Virus record (IMG/VR): IMGVR_UViG_3300021964_000015
Direction: 5' to 3' (one strand)
DNA from: a virus
Length of the DNA stretch: 64,000 bases
Position 1 is the stretch's first letter. Every line of letters begins with the position of its first letter. This document shows, piece after piece, positions 1 to 8,069 of this stretch. Below the pieces are notes generated by a model, which had not been told where the DNA came from, made no database searches, and saw only the letters and a list, made by a program, of their open reading frames with translations. Position numbers and translations under genes: made by a program.

Positions 1-161
1 TGATCCATCTCATGCCTCTTGGATTCACGTGCAATGACATCTTTCAATAATGTCAAAGCTTGTTGAACGTAGTAGTACTCGTTCTTGACCCAGTTCACTT
101 TAAGAACTGCGTCAGAGGGAACACCAGTGGGAGGCACTTCAGGAAAGCTTTGGTTGGTCAT
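1..161 (-). CDS. hypothetical early protein (partial, runs off window)
   Basis: ATG at 161, open to the window edge (MTNQSFPEVPPTG...), same strand as neighbours. Confidence 0.6.
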   Translation of the reverse strand, partial: MTNQSFPEVPPTGVPSDAVLKVNWVKNEYYYVQQALTLLKDVIARESKRHEMD

Positions 162-191
162 GAGCTGTGTTGTGAAAGGTGTACGGTTGGT

Positions 192-240
192 ATGGGACTT
201 ATACCACAGATGAGAATAGTTCTCAATAGTGGATGCCCAT
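192..240 (-). repeat. intergenic structured repeat family B, copy 1
   Basis: atggg-acttataccac...gtggatg-cccat; near-identical to 1256-1308 and similar to 2376-2412. Confidence 0.85.
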
Positions 241-244
241 GCAT

Positions 245-472
245 TTACTCAGGCTTCTTTAAGATCCACCTGGTGTAATGCTCAGCAGTGCGATCGACTG
301 CTACCAGTTTATGCTCCTCCAGTCGTTGGATAGCAATCATGTAATACTTCAACCTACTTGGGTTTGGAAGCATCGGGACATAACATGGTTCGTCAGGACG
401 TTTCTTCATGTGATTTAAGTAATACATGTAGAGATTACGTTGATTGACAGTTAATCCAATTGGAGGTTGCAT
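245..472 (-). CDS. hypothetical, possible winged-helix protein
   Basis: 75-aa ORF; AIQRLEEHKLVAVDR resembles a wHTH wing. Confidence 0.65.
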   Translation of the reverse strand: MQPPIGLTVNQRNLYMYYLNHMKKRPDEPCYVPMLPNPSRLKYYMIAIQRLEEHKLVAVDRTAEHYTRWILKKPE

Positions 473-488
473 AAGTTCAGTTGATTAG

Positions 489-860
489 TTAGATGAGTCC
501 GAGCAACGATAGCCAGCTGTCTGGATGATCGGGTTCAACCTCATCATCACCTGGAGTAAAGCATACGCTATCCATTGTCCATTCCTCTATGTCTTCGTTG
601 CACGGGATGTCGTACCATCCTTGGAGCGCATCCTTGTCTTCTTGCGAGTAGTTGCCTCCGGTTGGTTTCCAGTAGAGGCTAAGGGTTCCTTTGGTGCGGT
701 ACACTGATCCATTCTTGGGGTAGGTGTCAAGCTTTCCGAGGACAACTCCTTTGGGATCGAAGTTGATTTCAGCTTGGTACTGCTCAAGGCATTCGTCGCC
801 TTCGAATGGTTCGTAACCAGTGATTGCTTTGGCGACTGCTTGGGTTTCTGGATGAAGCAT
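489..860 (-). CDS. hypothetical phage protein
   Basis: 123-aa ORF ending VEPDHPDSWLSLLGLI, a common phage early-gene ending. Confidence 0.75.
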   Translation of the reverse strand: MLHPETQAVAKAITGYEPFEGDECLEQYQAEINFDPKGVVLGKLDTYPKNGSVYRTKGTLSLYWKPTGGNYSQEDKDALQGWYDIPCNEDIEEWTMDSVCFTPGDDEVEPDHPDSWLSLLGLI

Positions 861-955
861 GACAGTAGTTCCGTAATGATGAGTGAAGTGATTGCAATAA
901 AAAGGATGACGATATCACCGTCATCCCAGCATTGTTTCCAAGATGATTGATTCAT
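587..955 (-). CDS. small membrane protein with overprinted C-terminal tail
   Basis: ATG at 955 overlaps the upstream stop (ATGA); TM segment IVILFIAITSLIITELL; overlaps 489-860 by 274 nt. Confidence 0.5.
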   Translation of the reverse strand: MNQSSWKQCWDDGDIVILFIAITSLIITELLSCFIQKPKQSPKQSLVTNHSKATNALSSTKLKSTSIPKELSSESLTPTPRMDQCTAPKEPLASTGNQPEATTRKKTRMRSKDGTTSRATKT

Positions 956-1227
956 TTGGTCTTCTCCCAATCTTCGCAACGCTTGGTGTAGTAGATGTCA
1001 AAGTTTGGGTGAAGCTTACGACAGATATCTTCTGCTTGTAATGCAGTATCTGCCATGTAACCCAATGCATCATTCCTCATCTGGAGTGTGTCATAACCGA
1101 CACATACCCAATGGATTTCAGTAAGCTCTGCTTCACGCATTGCTTCTTCTAGTTCGAATGCATAATCTGCCATGGTATCCATGAGATCAGCATTGCGTTG
1201 TGCATCGATGAAGGTAGGGTCCTGCAT
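952..1227 (-). CDS. hypothetical protein
   Basis: 91-aa ORF following repeat B copy 2. Confidence 0.7.
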   Translation of the reverse strand: MQDPTFIDAQRNADLMDTMADYAFELEEAMREAELTEIHWVCVGYDTLQMRNDALGYMADTALQAEDICRKLHPNFDIYYTKRCEDWEKTK

Positions 1228-1255
1228 GGTTTGAATTGAGGTAGGGTTTGGGAAG

Positions 1256-1308
1256 CACTAGGACTTACACCACAGATGAGAATAGTTCTCAATAGTGGAT
1301 GCCTAGTG
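1256..1308 (-). repeat. intergenic structured repeat family B, copy 2
   Basis: cactagg/cctagtg outer stem, same core as 192-240. Confidence 0.85.
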
Positions 1309-1375
1309 TTTGCTGAAGCATTGGCATGTATTGGCAAATCTTACGTGCCAACCAATACTTCAGATATAACAGGGT

Positions 1376-1867
1376 TTAGATCGTAATATTATTCCATGAA
1401 ATACCACGATCAATATTGGATATGGAAGTGCTTGTCACTCCATAAATCTTAGCTAGTTCTTTGAAGCCTTCATTGCGAGTTGTATACTCATTCATGAATG
1501 CTTGATCGGCTAATAGTTGTTTGATTTCACGCACCTCCTTACCTCCTAACTTGGCATTACCGTTGACATAATGCCTGGATCTAGCCATACGCTTCCTTAG
1601 GCTAATGTTTGGAGGATCTACCTTAACAGCTTTTGCCTGTGGTGTCGGCTGTTTCGGGGGTGTGGGGGAAGAGAACAAGTCGAGTAGATCAACCTTCTCA
1701 ACAGGTTGCTTACTTTGATTACCAACTGATTTCAACAGTTGGAAACCTAGGGTAACTGATTGCCCATCCTTTGTAACTGAGATGGTCACCTTGTTATCCC
1801 TGGTAATCACACTGACGTGATCTGGTTTTGAAACATCAACTTGACTGAGTGCTTCCATGGGATGCAT
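1376..1867 (-). CDS. DNA-binding protein with C-terminal HTH (homing-endonuclease-type HTH)
   Basis: NAKLGGKEVREIK...ELAKIYGVTSTSISNIDRGISW. Confidence 0.7.
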   Translation of the reverse strand: MHPMEALSQVDVSKPDHVSVITRDNKVTISVTKDGQSVTLGFQLLKSVGNQSKQPVEKVDLLDLFSSPTPPKQPTPQAKAVKVDPPNISLRKRMARSRHYVNGNAKLGGKEVREIKQLLADQAFMNEYTTRNEGFKELAKIYGVTSTSISNIDRGISWNNITI

Positions 1868-1880
1868 TAGGTGCGTTGAA

Positions 1881-1919
1881 ATAATACCTAGTACTCATCC
1901 AAAGACAAGTACTAGGTAT
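1881..1919 (-). promoter_or_regulatory. sigma70-like promoter overlapped by a perfect 12-bp inverted repeat
   Basis: minus strand TTGTCT-N16-TATTAT; IR atacctagtact (1884-1895) / agtactaggtat (1908-1919). Confidence 0.55.
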
Positions 1920-1942
1920 AGAGTCTGAGGTCAGGTCACACG

Positions 1943-2170
1943 CTACATATGTGGTGTGAACCTAGGATCAGCGAGGAGTTGTGCAATGGAACACGCATCC
2001 TCCTCTACTTCTTCCTTGGTGCATCCCTCCCATTCATCCGATTGATTCTCGATGACCTGGCAACCCAGGTCTTCGAGTTGACATGCGAACATACCAAAGC
2101 TTTGTGCTTCGCCATAGACATGCCAAATACCGGAACCGTAGTCAGAGATTAACGCTACGTGAATGCTCAT
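1943..2170 (-). CDS. hypothetical acidic protein
   Basis: likely start MSIHVAL at 2170. Confidence 0.65.
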   Translation of the reverse strand: MSIHVALISDYGSGIWHVYGEAQSFGMFACQLEDLGCQVIENQSDEWEGCTKEEVEEDACSIAQLLADPRFTPHM

Positions 2171-2357
2171 GATGACAAGAAGTGTGTTGTGGGTTGGGAT
2201 TGGTGATATCAATACCTAACAATGCAGGTACTGATAGTGCAGCAAGGATGATTGCAAGTGCTCCCACTGCAATATCATCCCATCGAGTCTTATTGGACTC
2301 GGGATAAGAATCAATGGTCACGAAGAGGTTCCTCCGCAGGCGTACGATCTGTTTCAT
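2142..2357 (-). CDS. small membrane protein
   Basis: start MKQIVRL at 2357; TM IAVGALAIILAALSVPALLGI. Confidence 0.6.
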   Translation of the reverse strand: MKQIVRLRRNLFVTIDSYPESNKTRWDDIAVGALAIILAALSVPALLGIDITNPNPQHTSCHHEHSRSVNL

Positions 2358-2375
2358 TGAGGTGATTTGGAATCC

Positions 2376-2412
2376 CTGGGACTTACACCACACATATTAT
2401 GTGGATGCCCAG
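2376..2412 (-). repeat. intergenic structured repeat family B, copy 3 (short apical loop)
   Basis: ctggg-acttacaccac...gtggatg-cccag. Confidence 0.8.
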
Positions 2413-2415
2413 TGA

Positions 2416-2778
2416 TTAGTTGATGAGGTAACGATATGCAAACAACATACCAATGTCATTCCTGATATCGTTAACTACCTTGTAATACTTCTGTCTGTTC
2501 TGGTACATGTAGATGCAACCTTCCCAGAACATCTGGATGATCAACACAATGAGTGCTACCAAGTGGATTGCTACCCACTTACAGTGTTGATGTAAATACT
2601 GACGATAGAAGCTACCAATGGCATAACCTGCCTGGTATGTCTTCTTAATCATTGAAGCAATGATGTTCAAGCACCACAGCATCGCTGTGATGCTAAAGAT
2701 TTCTCCACCTAGTGCATACAACTTACTTGCCAGTTGTACTGCTGTGTCGAGGTGGTGGATGAGAGTGAGATAATTCAT
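2416..2778 (-). CDS. hypothetical membrane protein
   Basis: 120-aa ORF with two hydrophobic segments. Confidence 0.7.
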   Translation of the reverse strand: MNYLTLIHHLDTAVQLASKLYALGGEIFSITAMLWCLNIIASMIKKTYQAGYAIGSFYRQYLHQHCKWVAIHLVALIVLIIQMFWEGCIYMYQNRQKYYKVVNDIRNDIGMLFAYRYLIN

Positions 2779-2868
2779 GGTTCTCCATGTGAATTGATTT
2801 GGTTGATGCAGGATGTGAATCCTGCAGAAAACCCACTCACTTACGTAAGTAGGGTTAAGTGCAGGAAT

Positions 2869-3132
2869 CTAGTGGATAAGAGATTGGATGTATTCCATCT
2901 CCATGATGATGCCGTAGTTGTAGTAGTCCTCCATCTCCTGGTGAAGTTCTTTGGCACCAGTAGGCAAGCCTTCCATTAATGTACGAGTGTCAACGGCTAT
3001 CCACTCGTATGGGCCATCAAAGTTAGGTGTTGCTATTAGGCACCACTTCTCGAAATGGATTTGATTCTTACTGCCGTACCATGTGACACGATACGTTTTC
3101 TCAGCCAAGGGTTGATAGATGAGGGGCTCCAT
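2869..3132 (-). CDS. hypothetical protein
   Basis: likely start MEPLIYQ at 3132, just downstream of repeat A copy 1. Confidence 0.65.
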   Translation of the reverse strand: MEPLIYQPLAEKTYRVTWYGSKNQIHFEKWCLIATPNFDGPYEWIAVDTRTLMEGLPTGAKELHQEMEDYYNYGIIMEMEYIQSLIH

Positions 3133-3146
3133 GATCTTTAGTTGAA

Positions 3147-3217
3147 TAGATGCCACGGGATTGTGGCAATAACTGGGCAGGGGATTGCACCCTGCCTCCC
3201 GCTTTAACGGATCAGTT
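3147..3217 (-). repeat. intergenic tRNA-like structured repeat family A, copy 1
   Basis: 25 bp identical to 3431-3455; minus-strand T-arm-like hairpin ggcagggTGCAATcccctgcc. Confidence 0.8.
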
Positions 3218-3418
3218 GATGAAATCTTCAGGATCCATGAGGTAAAGAAAACACATAGCTGTGTAGATCTTATGCTCATCCCAAGCTTCCGCTTCGGGAT
3301 GAAGCCTGATCACCTCCTGGAACTGGTTAACAAACCATTGAGCATCGGCACCGTACACAGGTACGGAACCAAGCTCATCGTTTGCCATAACCTTGTTAGC
3401 GATTTCGAGTAGTGTCAT
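3212..3418 (-). CDS. hypothetical protein
   Basis: likely start MTLLEIA at 3418. Confidence 0.65.
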   Translation of the reverse strand: MTLLEIANKVMANDELGSVPVYGADAQWFVNQFQEVIRLHPEAEAWDEHKIYTAMCFLYLMDPEDFIN

Positions 3419-3430
3419 GATGGTGTAAAG

Positions 3431-3500
3431 TAGATGCCACGGGATTGTGGCAATACCTGACCAGGGGATTTGATCCCCCGGCATCACGCTTGTGGTCAGA
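3431..3500 (-). repeat. intergenic tRNA-like structured repeat family A, copy 2
   Basis: minus strand ctgacc/ggtcag closing stem and ccgggggATCAAATcccctgg hairpin. Confidence 0.8.
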
Positions 3501-3642
3501 TGAAATCGTAGTTGTCTTCGTTGCCCATGTAATTAATCAGTTCATCAAATAAATACGTCAGTTGAGAATCATCAACTTCACGTACAAGATCTGCAAACTG
3601 AAGCATGAGCTGTTCCAAACGATTAGCTTGGTCGATGTTCAT
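3496..3642 (-). CDS. 48-aa acidic protein, first gene of the early array (not in ORF track)
   Basis: MNIDQANRLEQLMLQFADLVREVDDSQLTYLFDELINYMGNEDNYDFI. Confidence 0.65.
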   Translation of the reverse strand: MNIDQANRLEQLMLQFADLVREVDDSQLTYLFDELINYMGNEDNYDFI

Positions 3643-4146
3643 TGGTGAAATGCGATTGAATTGTGCTACGTTTAACGTCCAGCTCGACGTAATACCTAAC
3701 TAAAAACAGTATTAACTCTGGTATAATTCACTGCTTGTTGCAGTGATTAAACAACAAACTGTTCTTTCTGGCGAAAGGTGTAGCGCGGAGATGTCCAATA
3801 ATGAGCGCAAGTCAGGAAATGCTGACATTTCAAGGGTAAATTAACGTCAGCAGGTTACTTTCATCTAAATTCTCCTATAAACCCGCCCTCTCATTCATTA
3901 AACTAACCATTTATACTCACCACACCCTCTCTTTCTTTTTTTCTATACACATCTCGCGGCATACGGGGTATTACAGAAGCGTCAGAAAATTTTTTATCCT
4001 TTTTTGACCTATAAGGAGCCGCCGCCCGCAACAAAGGATGGGTCCCTGGAGCTACGTGACACGAATTAATAATTAAAATTGTCTAAAATACGAATTAATA
4101 ACGAAAAATTGTAGTCATACCAAGGGATTTGCCCAACTTAATAGAC

Positions 4147-4177
4147 AAAAAAGCCGGGGTCTTTTTCCCCGGCCTTT
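4147..4177 (-). terminator. intrinsic terminator
   Basis: gccgggg/ccccggc stem with an A6 tract on the plus strand, downstream of 4210-4419. Confidence 0.75.
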
Positions 4178-4209
4178 AACTAAGTTTTAATTAAGTTCTA
4201 ATTAAACTC

Positions 4210-4419
4210 TCATCTACGGGAATCTTTTGATTTTTTTGCAGCAACAGCTGCTTCAAAATAAGATTCTTTATCAGGACGTTGCCTTACTAGCTCTTCGCGT
4301 GCGCCAGAGATAAAATTACGTACATCAATCTCATCACCACCGCTATCTGCAAGCTTTTTCGCTTCATTTTCAATTGCTTCTAACGCAATAATGCGCTCAG
4401 CCCGGTTCTTTGGGTTCAT
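4210..4419 (-). CDS. hypothetical protein
   Basis: 69-aa ORF followed by a terminator. Confidence 0.7.
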   Translation of the reverse strand: MNPKNRAERIIALEAIENEAKKLADSGGDEIDVRNFISGAREELVRQRPDKESYFEAAVAAKKSKDSRR

Positions 4420-4531
4420 CGTAACGCAATCTACGGATATTTCTTGTGTTATTACTACTTTACCGCATATCTTTTTGCGTTATTGCCTTAAAATACAAAT
4501 ATCAGGTTAATCGATAGCAAATAATCTACTC

Positions 4532-6676
4532 ATGGCCCTATCTCCTGCTGATTTTGCTGCATATAGTCGTGCTACTGGTGCTCCATACCCAGAATCACCG
4601 CAGGAACGGGCCGAATTAGCTCCTGAGGTACTTGCATTCCGTCGTGGGCAACTTACACAACCCGAACAACAGTCAAATCTTCCTGCAATTCTTGGCGGTA
4701 CGGTATTAGGCCTTGGTGCATTAGGTGCTGCACTCGCAGGAACAAGAAGATTTGCCCGTGGTACCAAGACCCAAAGTACACCTCAACGTGATTTAGGTAT
4801 CGTTCGTCAGGCGGCCACTGGTCGGACTTCTGGTACTACTGCGCCTAGGACACCTGCGCCGCCCACCCCCGGCACCCCACCCTCTAGTGAGGGCGTAGCG
4901 CCTTCAAAAGTAACTGCAATCCCACAAGCAACGGTTGATTTAACTGACCTTACTCAAACTGATAGACCGCTTCCCTTTGGTGATCCATGGACTGGAGAAG
5001 CTGGCCCCCCTACTCCACTTATTCAAGGACCTATCTCTGCCCAGCAAAATCTTCAAAACTTTCTTGGTGAACCAACGCTGCCTTATAAAAGGACTGACTT
5101 ATCAGTAGCACGAACCCCTGGATCTTTCCTAGATTTTAGTAAAACTGCTAGCGGTGAAGCCGCTGTCGAAAATTTAATTAACGACGTAGAGCTTAAAAAA
5201 CTTGTATCTCAACAACGCCGTCAAGAGGGCGCTGAACTAGGCCGTGAAGCACAACGTCAAATGCGTATTGCTTCTGCTATTGAAACAGAAGCTGATGAAT
5301 ATCTCGCGCAATTACGTCAAGAATCCCTTTCTCAACAGGCATTTGGTGCCTTGCAATCTGGTGAAGATCAGATGATAGGTCGCACGATGCGTGGCGTTCA
5401 ACGCAATGAAGATCTTGATTCTTCTCAAGTAAATAGCGTTGTTCGTCAACTTGGCAGTGCAGATGCAGCTACATCTATCACTGCAGATGGTATTCCTGTC
5501 GATCAAACAGAAGGCTTCCGTGAGTTTAGCCAACGTGCAACTCAAAGAAAAAATCTTTTAGATGCACAATCTCAAATGTGGGCATTTGAAGAAGAGCTAG
5601 AAAATCAAGGACAAAAAGCACAAGCTTGGCTTAGAAAAATACAACAAAAACGGGAACCTCTTTTAGATATTGACTATCAAGTATATGATTTAATTGGTAG
5701 CGCTGCTGAAAAAGGAGTTCAACTTGAGCCCTCGCGTGCTCTTTCTTTACTAAAAGATCCGACAATTGAATTAACAGGCACAGAACAACGTCTGTTTGGT
5801 GTTGATCCTTTAATCGGTAAATTCGCTCTTAAAGGACAGACATTTGAGCCAAGGCAACAACAAACAGGTGCCTTTCTTGGTGTTCAGGGAGAATCTTTAA
5901 AATCGATTCAAAACGTAGGAGAAACACCTGGGTCCGGCGTAAGTCAAGCAGCTTCTGGTACCAGTATCCGAGGTCGTTCACGCATACCAAATGTGCCTGA
6001 TGACTCAAGGCCAAGATTAAGTTCTCTTGGGGCTCCTGTAACAGAAGATGTTGTTTTTATTGATGAAGGAGGAACTGTAACAGTTTCTCCTGGCGAAGAA
6101 CTTACCGAAATAGTTTTTGAATCAAAAGAACCTACTTATACGCGTTTTATTCGAGATCCTCAAGCCTCTCAACCACGACCTAAATTTTTTGCCCCCGGCC
6201 TTGCAAGTGCCGAACAGTTAAAACAAGGTTTAAAAGAAGAGTATGCTCCGAAAGGAATGCGAGCAGTTCAAACAGCAGAAGGAGGAACTTACTTTGTACC
6301 GATTGGAGACCCAGGGGGCATCGGTATATATGGAGAAGAACGAAGTTTTGCGTCTGGTCCAATCGTGAAATTTGATGATCCAGAACAAGAAAGAGTTGCC
6401 GGTGCATATACAAAAACTGCAATGCGTGCACCTACTGAGATGCCTTTCAAACAAAAACAAAAGGGAGGCGCTAATTTTAATGAGCTTTCTTCTCAGCAAT
6501 TACAATCTTTTATTGAAAAAGCACCGCAAGGTACAATGCGCGTTGCTGGACAAAAAGAACAAGCACGGCGCGAAAGAGTAAAACAATCTTTACTGGCTTC
6601 TGAGTTATCTCGTAGGGCTACAATTGAAGGAAGAGATCCGCAAATGATTTTACGCGAACGCGGTTTTAATGTTTAA
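4532..6676 (+). CDS. large low-complexity protein, putative internal virion protein
   Basis: 714 aa; N-terminal hydrophobic segment ILGGTVLGLGALGAALAG; Q/E/P-rich. Confidence 0.7.
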   Translation: MALSPADFAAYSRATGAPYPESPQERAELAPEVLAFRRGQLTQPEQQSNLPAILGGTVLGLGALGAALAGTRRFARGTKTQSTPQRDLGIVRQAATGRTSGTTAPRTPAPPTPGTPPSSEGVAPSKVTAIPQATVDLTDLTQTDRPLPFGDPWTGEAGPPTPLIQGPISAQQNLQNFLGEPTLPYKRTDLSVARTPGSFLDFSKTASGEAAVENLINDVELKKLVSQQRRQEGAELGREAQRQMRIASAIETEADEYLAQLRQESLSQQAFGALQSGEDQMIGRTMRGVQRNEDLDSSQVNSVVRQLGSADAATSITADGIPVDQTEGFREFSQRATQRKNLLDAQSQMWAFEEELENQGQKAQAWLRKIQQKREPLLDIDYQVYDLIGSAAEKGVQLEPSRALSLLKDPTIELTGTEQRLFGVDPLIGKFALKGQTFEPRQQQTGAFLGVQGESLKSIQNVGETPGSGVSQAASGTSIRGRSRIPNVPDDSRPRLSSLGAPVTEDVVFIDEGGTVTVSPGEELTEIVFESKEPTYTRFIRDPQASQPRPKFFAPGLASAEQLKQGLKEEYAPKGMRAVQTAEGGTYFVPIGDPGGIGIYGEERSFASGPIVKFDDPEQERVAGAYTKTAMRAPTEMPFKQKQKGGANFNELSSQQLQSFIEKAPQGTMRVAGQKEQARRERVKQSLLASELSRRATIEGRDPQMILRERGFNV

Positions 6677-6678
6677 TC

Positions 6679-6906
6679 ATGGCTGATAAAAAGAAAAAGA
6701 AAGATAAAAAGTGGATTCAAGGCATGGAGATGAAGGAAGGTGCCTTCACTGCTAAAGCCAAACGTAAAGGGATTACCACTGCCCAGTTACAAGAAAATGT
6801 ACTATCAAATCCTGATAAGTACGATGATAAAACTGTGAAACAAGCACGGCTACGCAAAACACTGGTAGGGTTAAAGCAACGCAAGAAAGCTAAAGACAAT
6901 GGCTAA
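6679..6906 (+). CDS. small Lys-rich protein
   Basis: KKWIQ...KEGAFTAKAK...QARLRKTL, common phage small basic protein. Confidence 0.75.
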   Translation: MADKKKKKDKKWIQGMEMKEGAFTAKAKRKGITTAQLQENVLSNPDKYDDKTVKQARLRKTLVGLKQRKKAKDNG

Positions 6907-7459
6907 AGATCATCGGCTTGCATTAGATCGTTACATTGATTTCACTAAGGATCCTTTTGTCAAAAAAAGGAACGTTAATTTCAATGACTCCTTTGCAGTT
7001 AAAGCATCCACTGGTGCACCACCCTGGGTACCAAGCCGATTTGAACAATCTGATTTATTAAATCGTTTACAAACACGTAAGTTAAAACATAACCCCTCCC
7101 TTCAATTCGTTGGTGATGTACCAGAGGAGTATGAGGCTTTTGCTAATATCGGTCGCTTTGTTCGTAAGGAAAGCTATGACTTTAACGAAGGACGTGCATT
7201 AACTCCTTTACGTCCAGAGGATCAACCTGGTTTCTCTCCCGTTTGGGTGGAAGCATATCGCATTAGTCCGACCGTAGCTCCTGATAAGAGAAGTTCAAGT
7301 CCTATGCCACGTATGCGTAATCCTGATCCTAAGGGTTACATGATGGCTGCAGCAGAGAAGCGTGCATTAAACGAAGCAGAGGGTAATCAATCTGTTGCTT
7401 CTCTTCTTAGTGAAGAACCAAAAGATGGTGAAGACATCAAAAAAGATGAGGAAGCCTAA
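6899..7459 (+). CDS. hypothetical protein
   Basis: 186-aa ORF coupled to the previous gene. Confidence 0.75.
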   Translation: MAKDHRLALDRYIDFTKDPFVKKRNVNFNDSFAVKASTGAPPWVPSRFEQSDLLNRLQTRKLKHNPSLQFVGDVPEEYEAFANIGRFVRKESYDFNEGRALTPLRPEDQPGFSPVWVEAYRISPTVAPDKRSSSPMPRMRNPDPKGYMMAAAEKRALNEAEGNQSVASLLSEEPKDGEDIKKDEEA

Positions 7460-7490
7460 CGGCTTATAATACTAATAAAAGATAAATATC

Positions 7491-8069
7491 ATGGGTAAAG
7501 GTAAGTTATTTTCTAGTTTACTTAATGCGGCAAAAAGTTCTGCAGGACCTGCTTTGACCAGTGGTGCCCTTACGGGTGGACTTTCTTTATTAACAGGATC
7601 TAGTCCGCTAGCTGCTTTAGGTTATGGCTTGGCCGATACCCTTGCTTCCGGTGCCTCTGTTGCTGGAGTCAGAGCATTACGCCCTGGTTCTTATTCATCT
7701 AAAAAAGTAAGAAATCTAGATACTGGCAAGATTGAAACGATTAATAAAACTAGTCGTGCAGAAACGCCCGTCAACATCCTTGCTTCGATTGGCACTGGCG
7801 CACTGGTATCAAATGTATTAGAACCTTCTCAAAGCCTACAAATTGCGCAACAGGTTGAACAGCGTTCTTTAATGAACAGGCTTCCGTTGTATGACCAAGA
7901 GATGATGTTATCTCCTGGTACGCAATACCAGATGGCTGGGTTACCTACACAAGAAAGTTTTCAGCAATTATTGAATGACCAGTTGTCAAGTGCAATGTCA
8001 CCTAATACCAGCTGGATGGATTATTTAAATCCACAAGATCGTCAGTTAATTCAACAAGCACTTGGGTGA
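7491..8069 (+). CDS. putative internal virion/membrane protein
   Basis: Gly/Ala-rich hydrophobic stretches; TATAAT upstream. Confidence 0.7.
   Translation: MGKGKLFSSLLNAAKSSAGPALTSGALTGGLSLLTGSSPLAALGYGLADTLASGASVAGVRALRPGSYSSKKVRNLDTGKIETINKTSRAETPVNILASIGTGALVSNVLEPSQSLQIAQQVEQRSLMNRLPLYDQEMMLSPGTQYQMAGLPTQESFQQLLNDQLSSAMSPNTSWMDYLNPQDRQLIQQALG

Noticed and set aside
192-3500. Early repeats as integron attC sites
   Set aside because: No RYYYAAC/GTTRRRY ends and no intact IntI in the window
3147-3500. Canonical tRNA genes
   Set aside because: Too short, no anticodon arm or D-loop GG; kept only as tRNA-like elements
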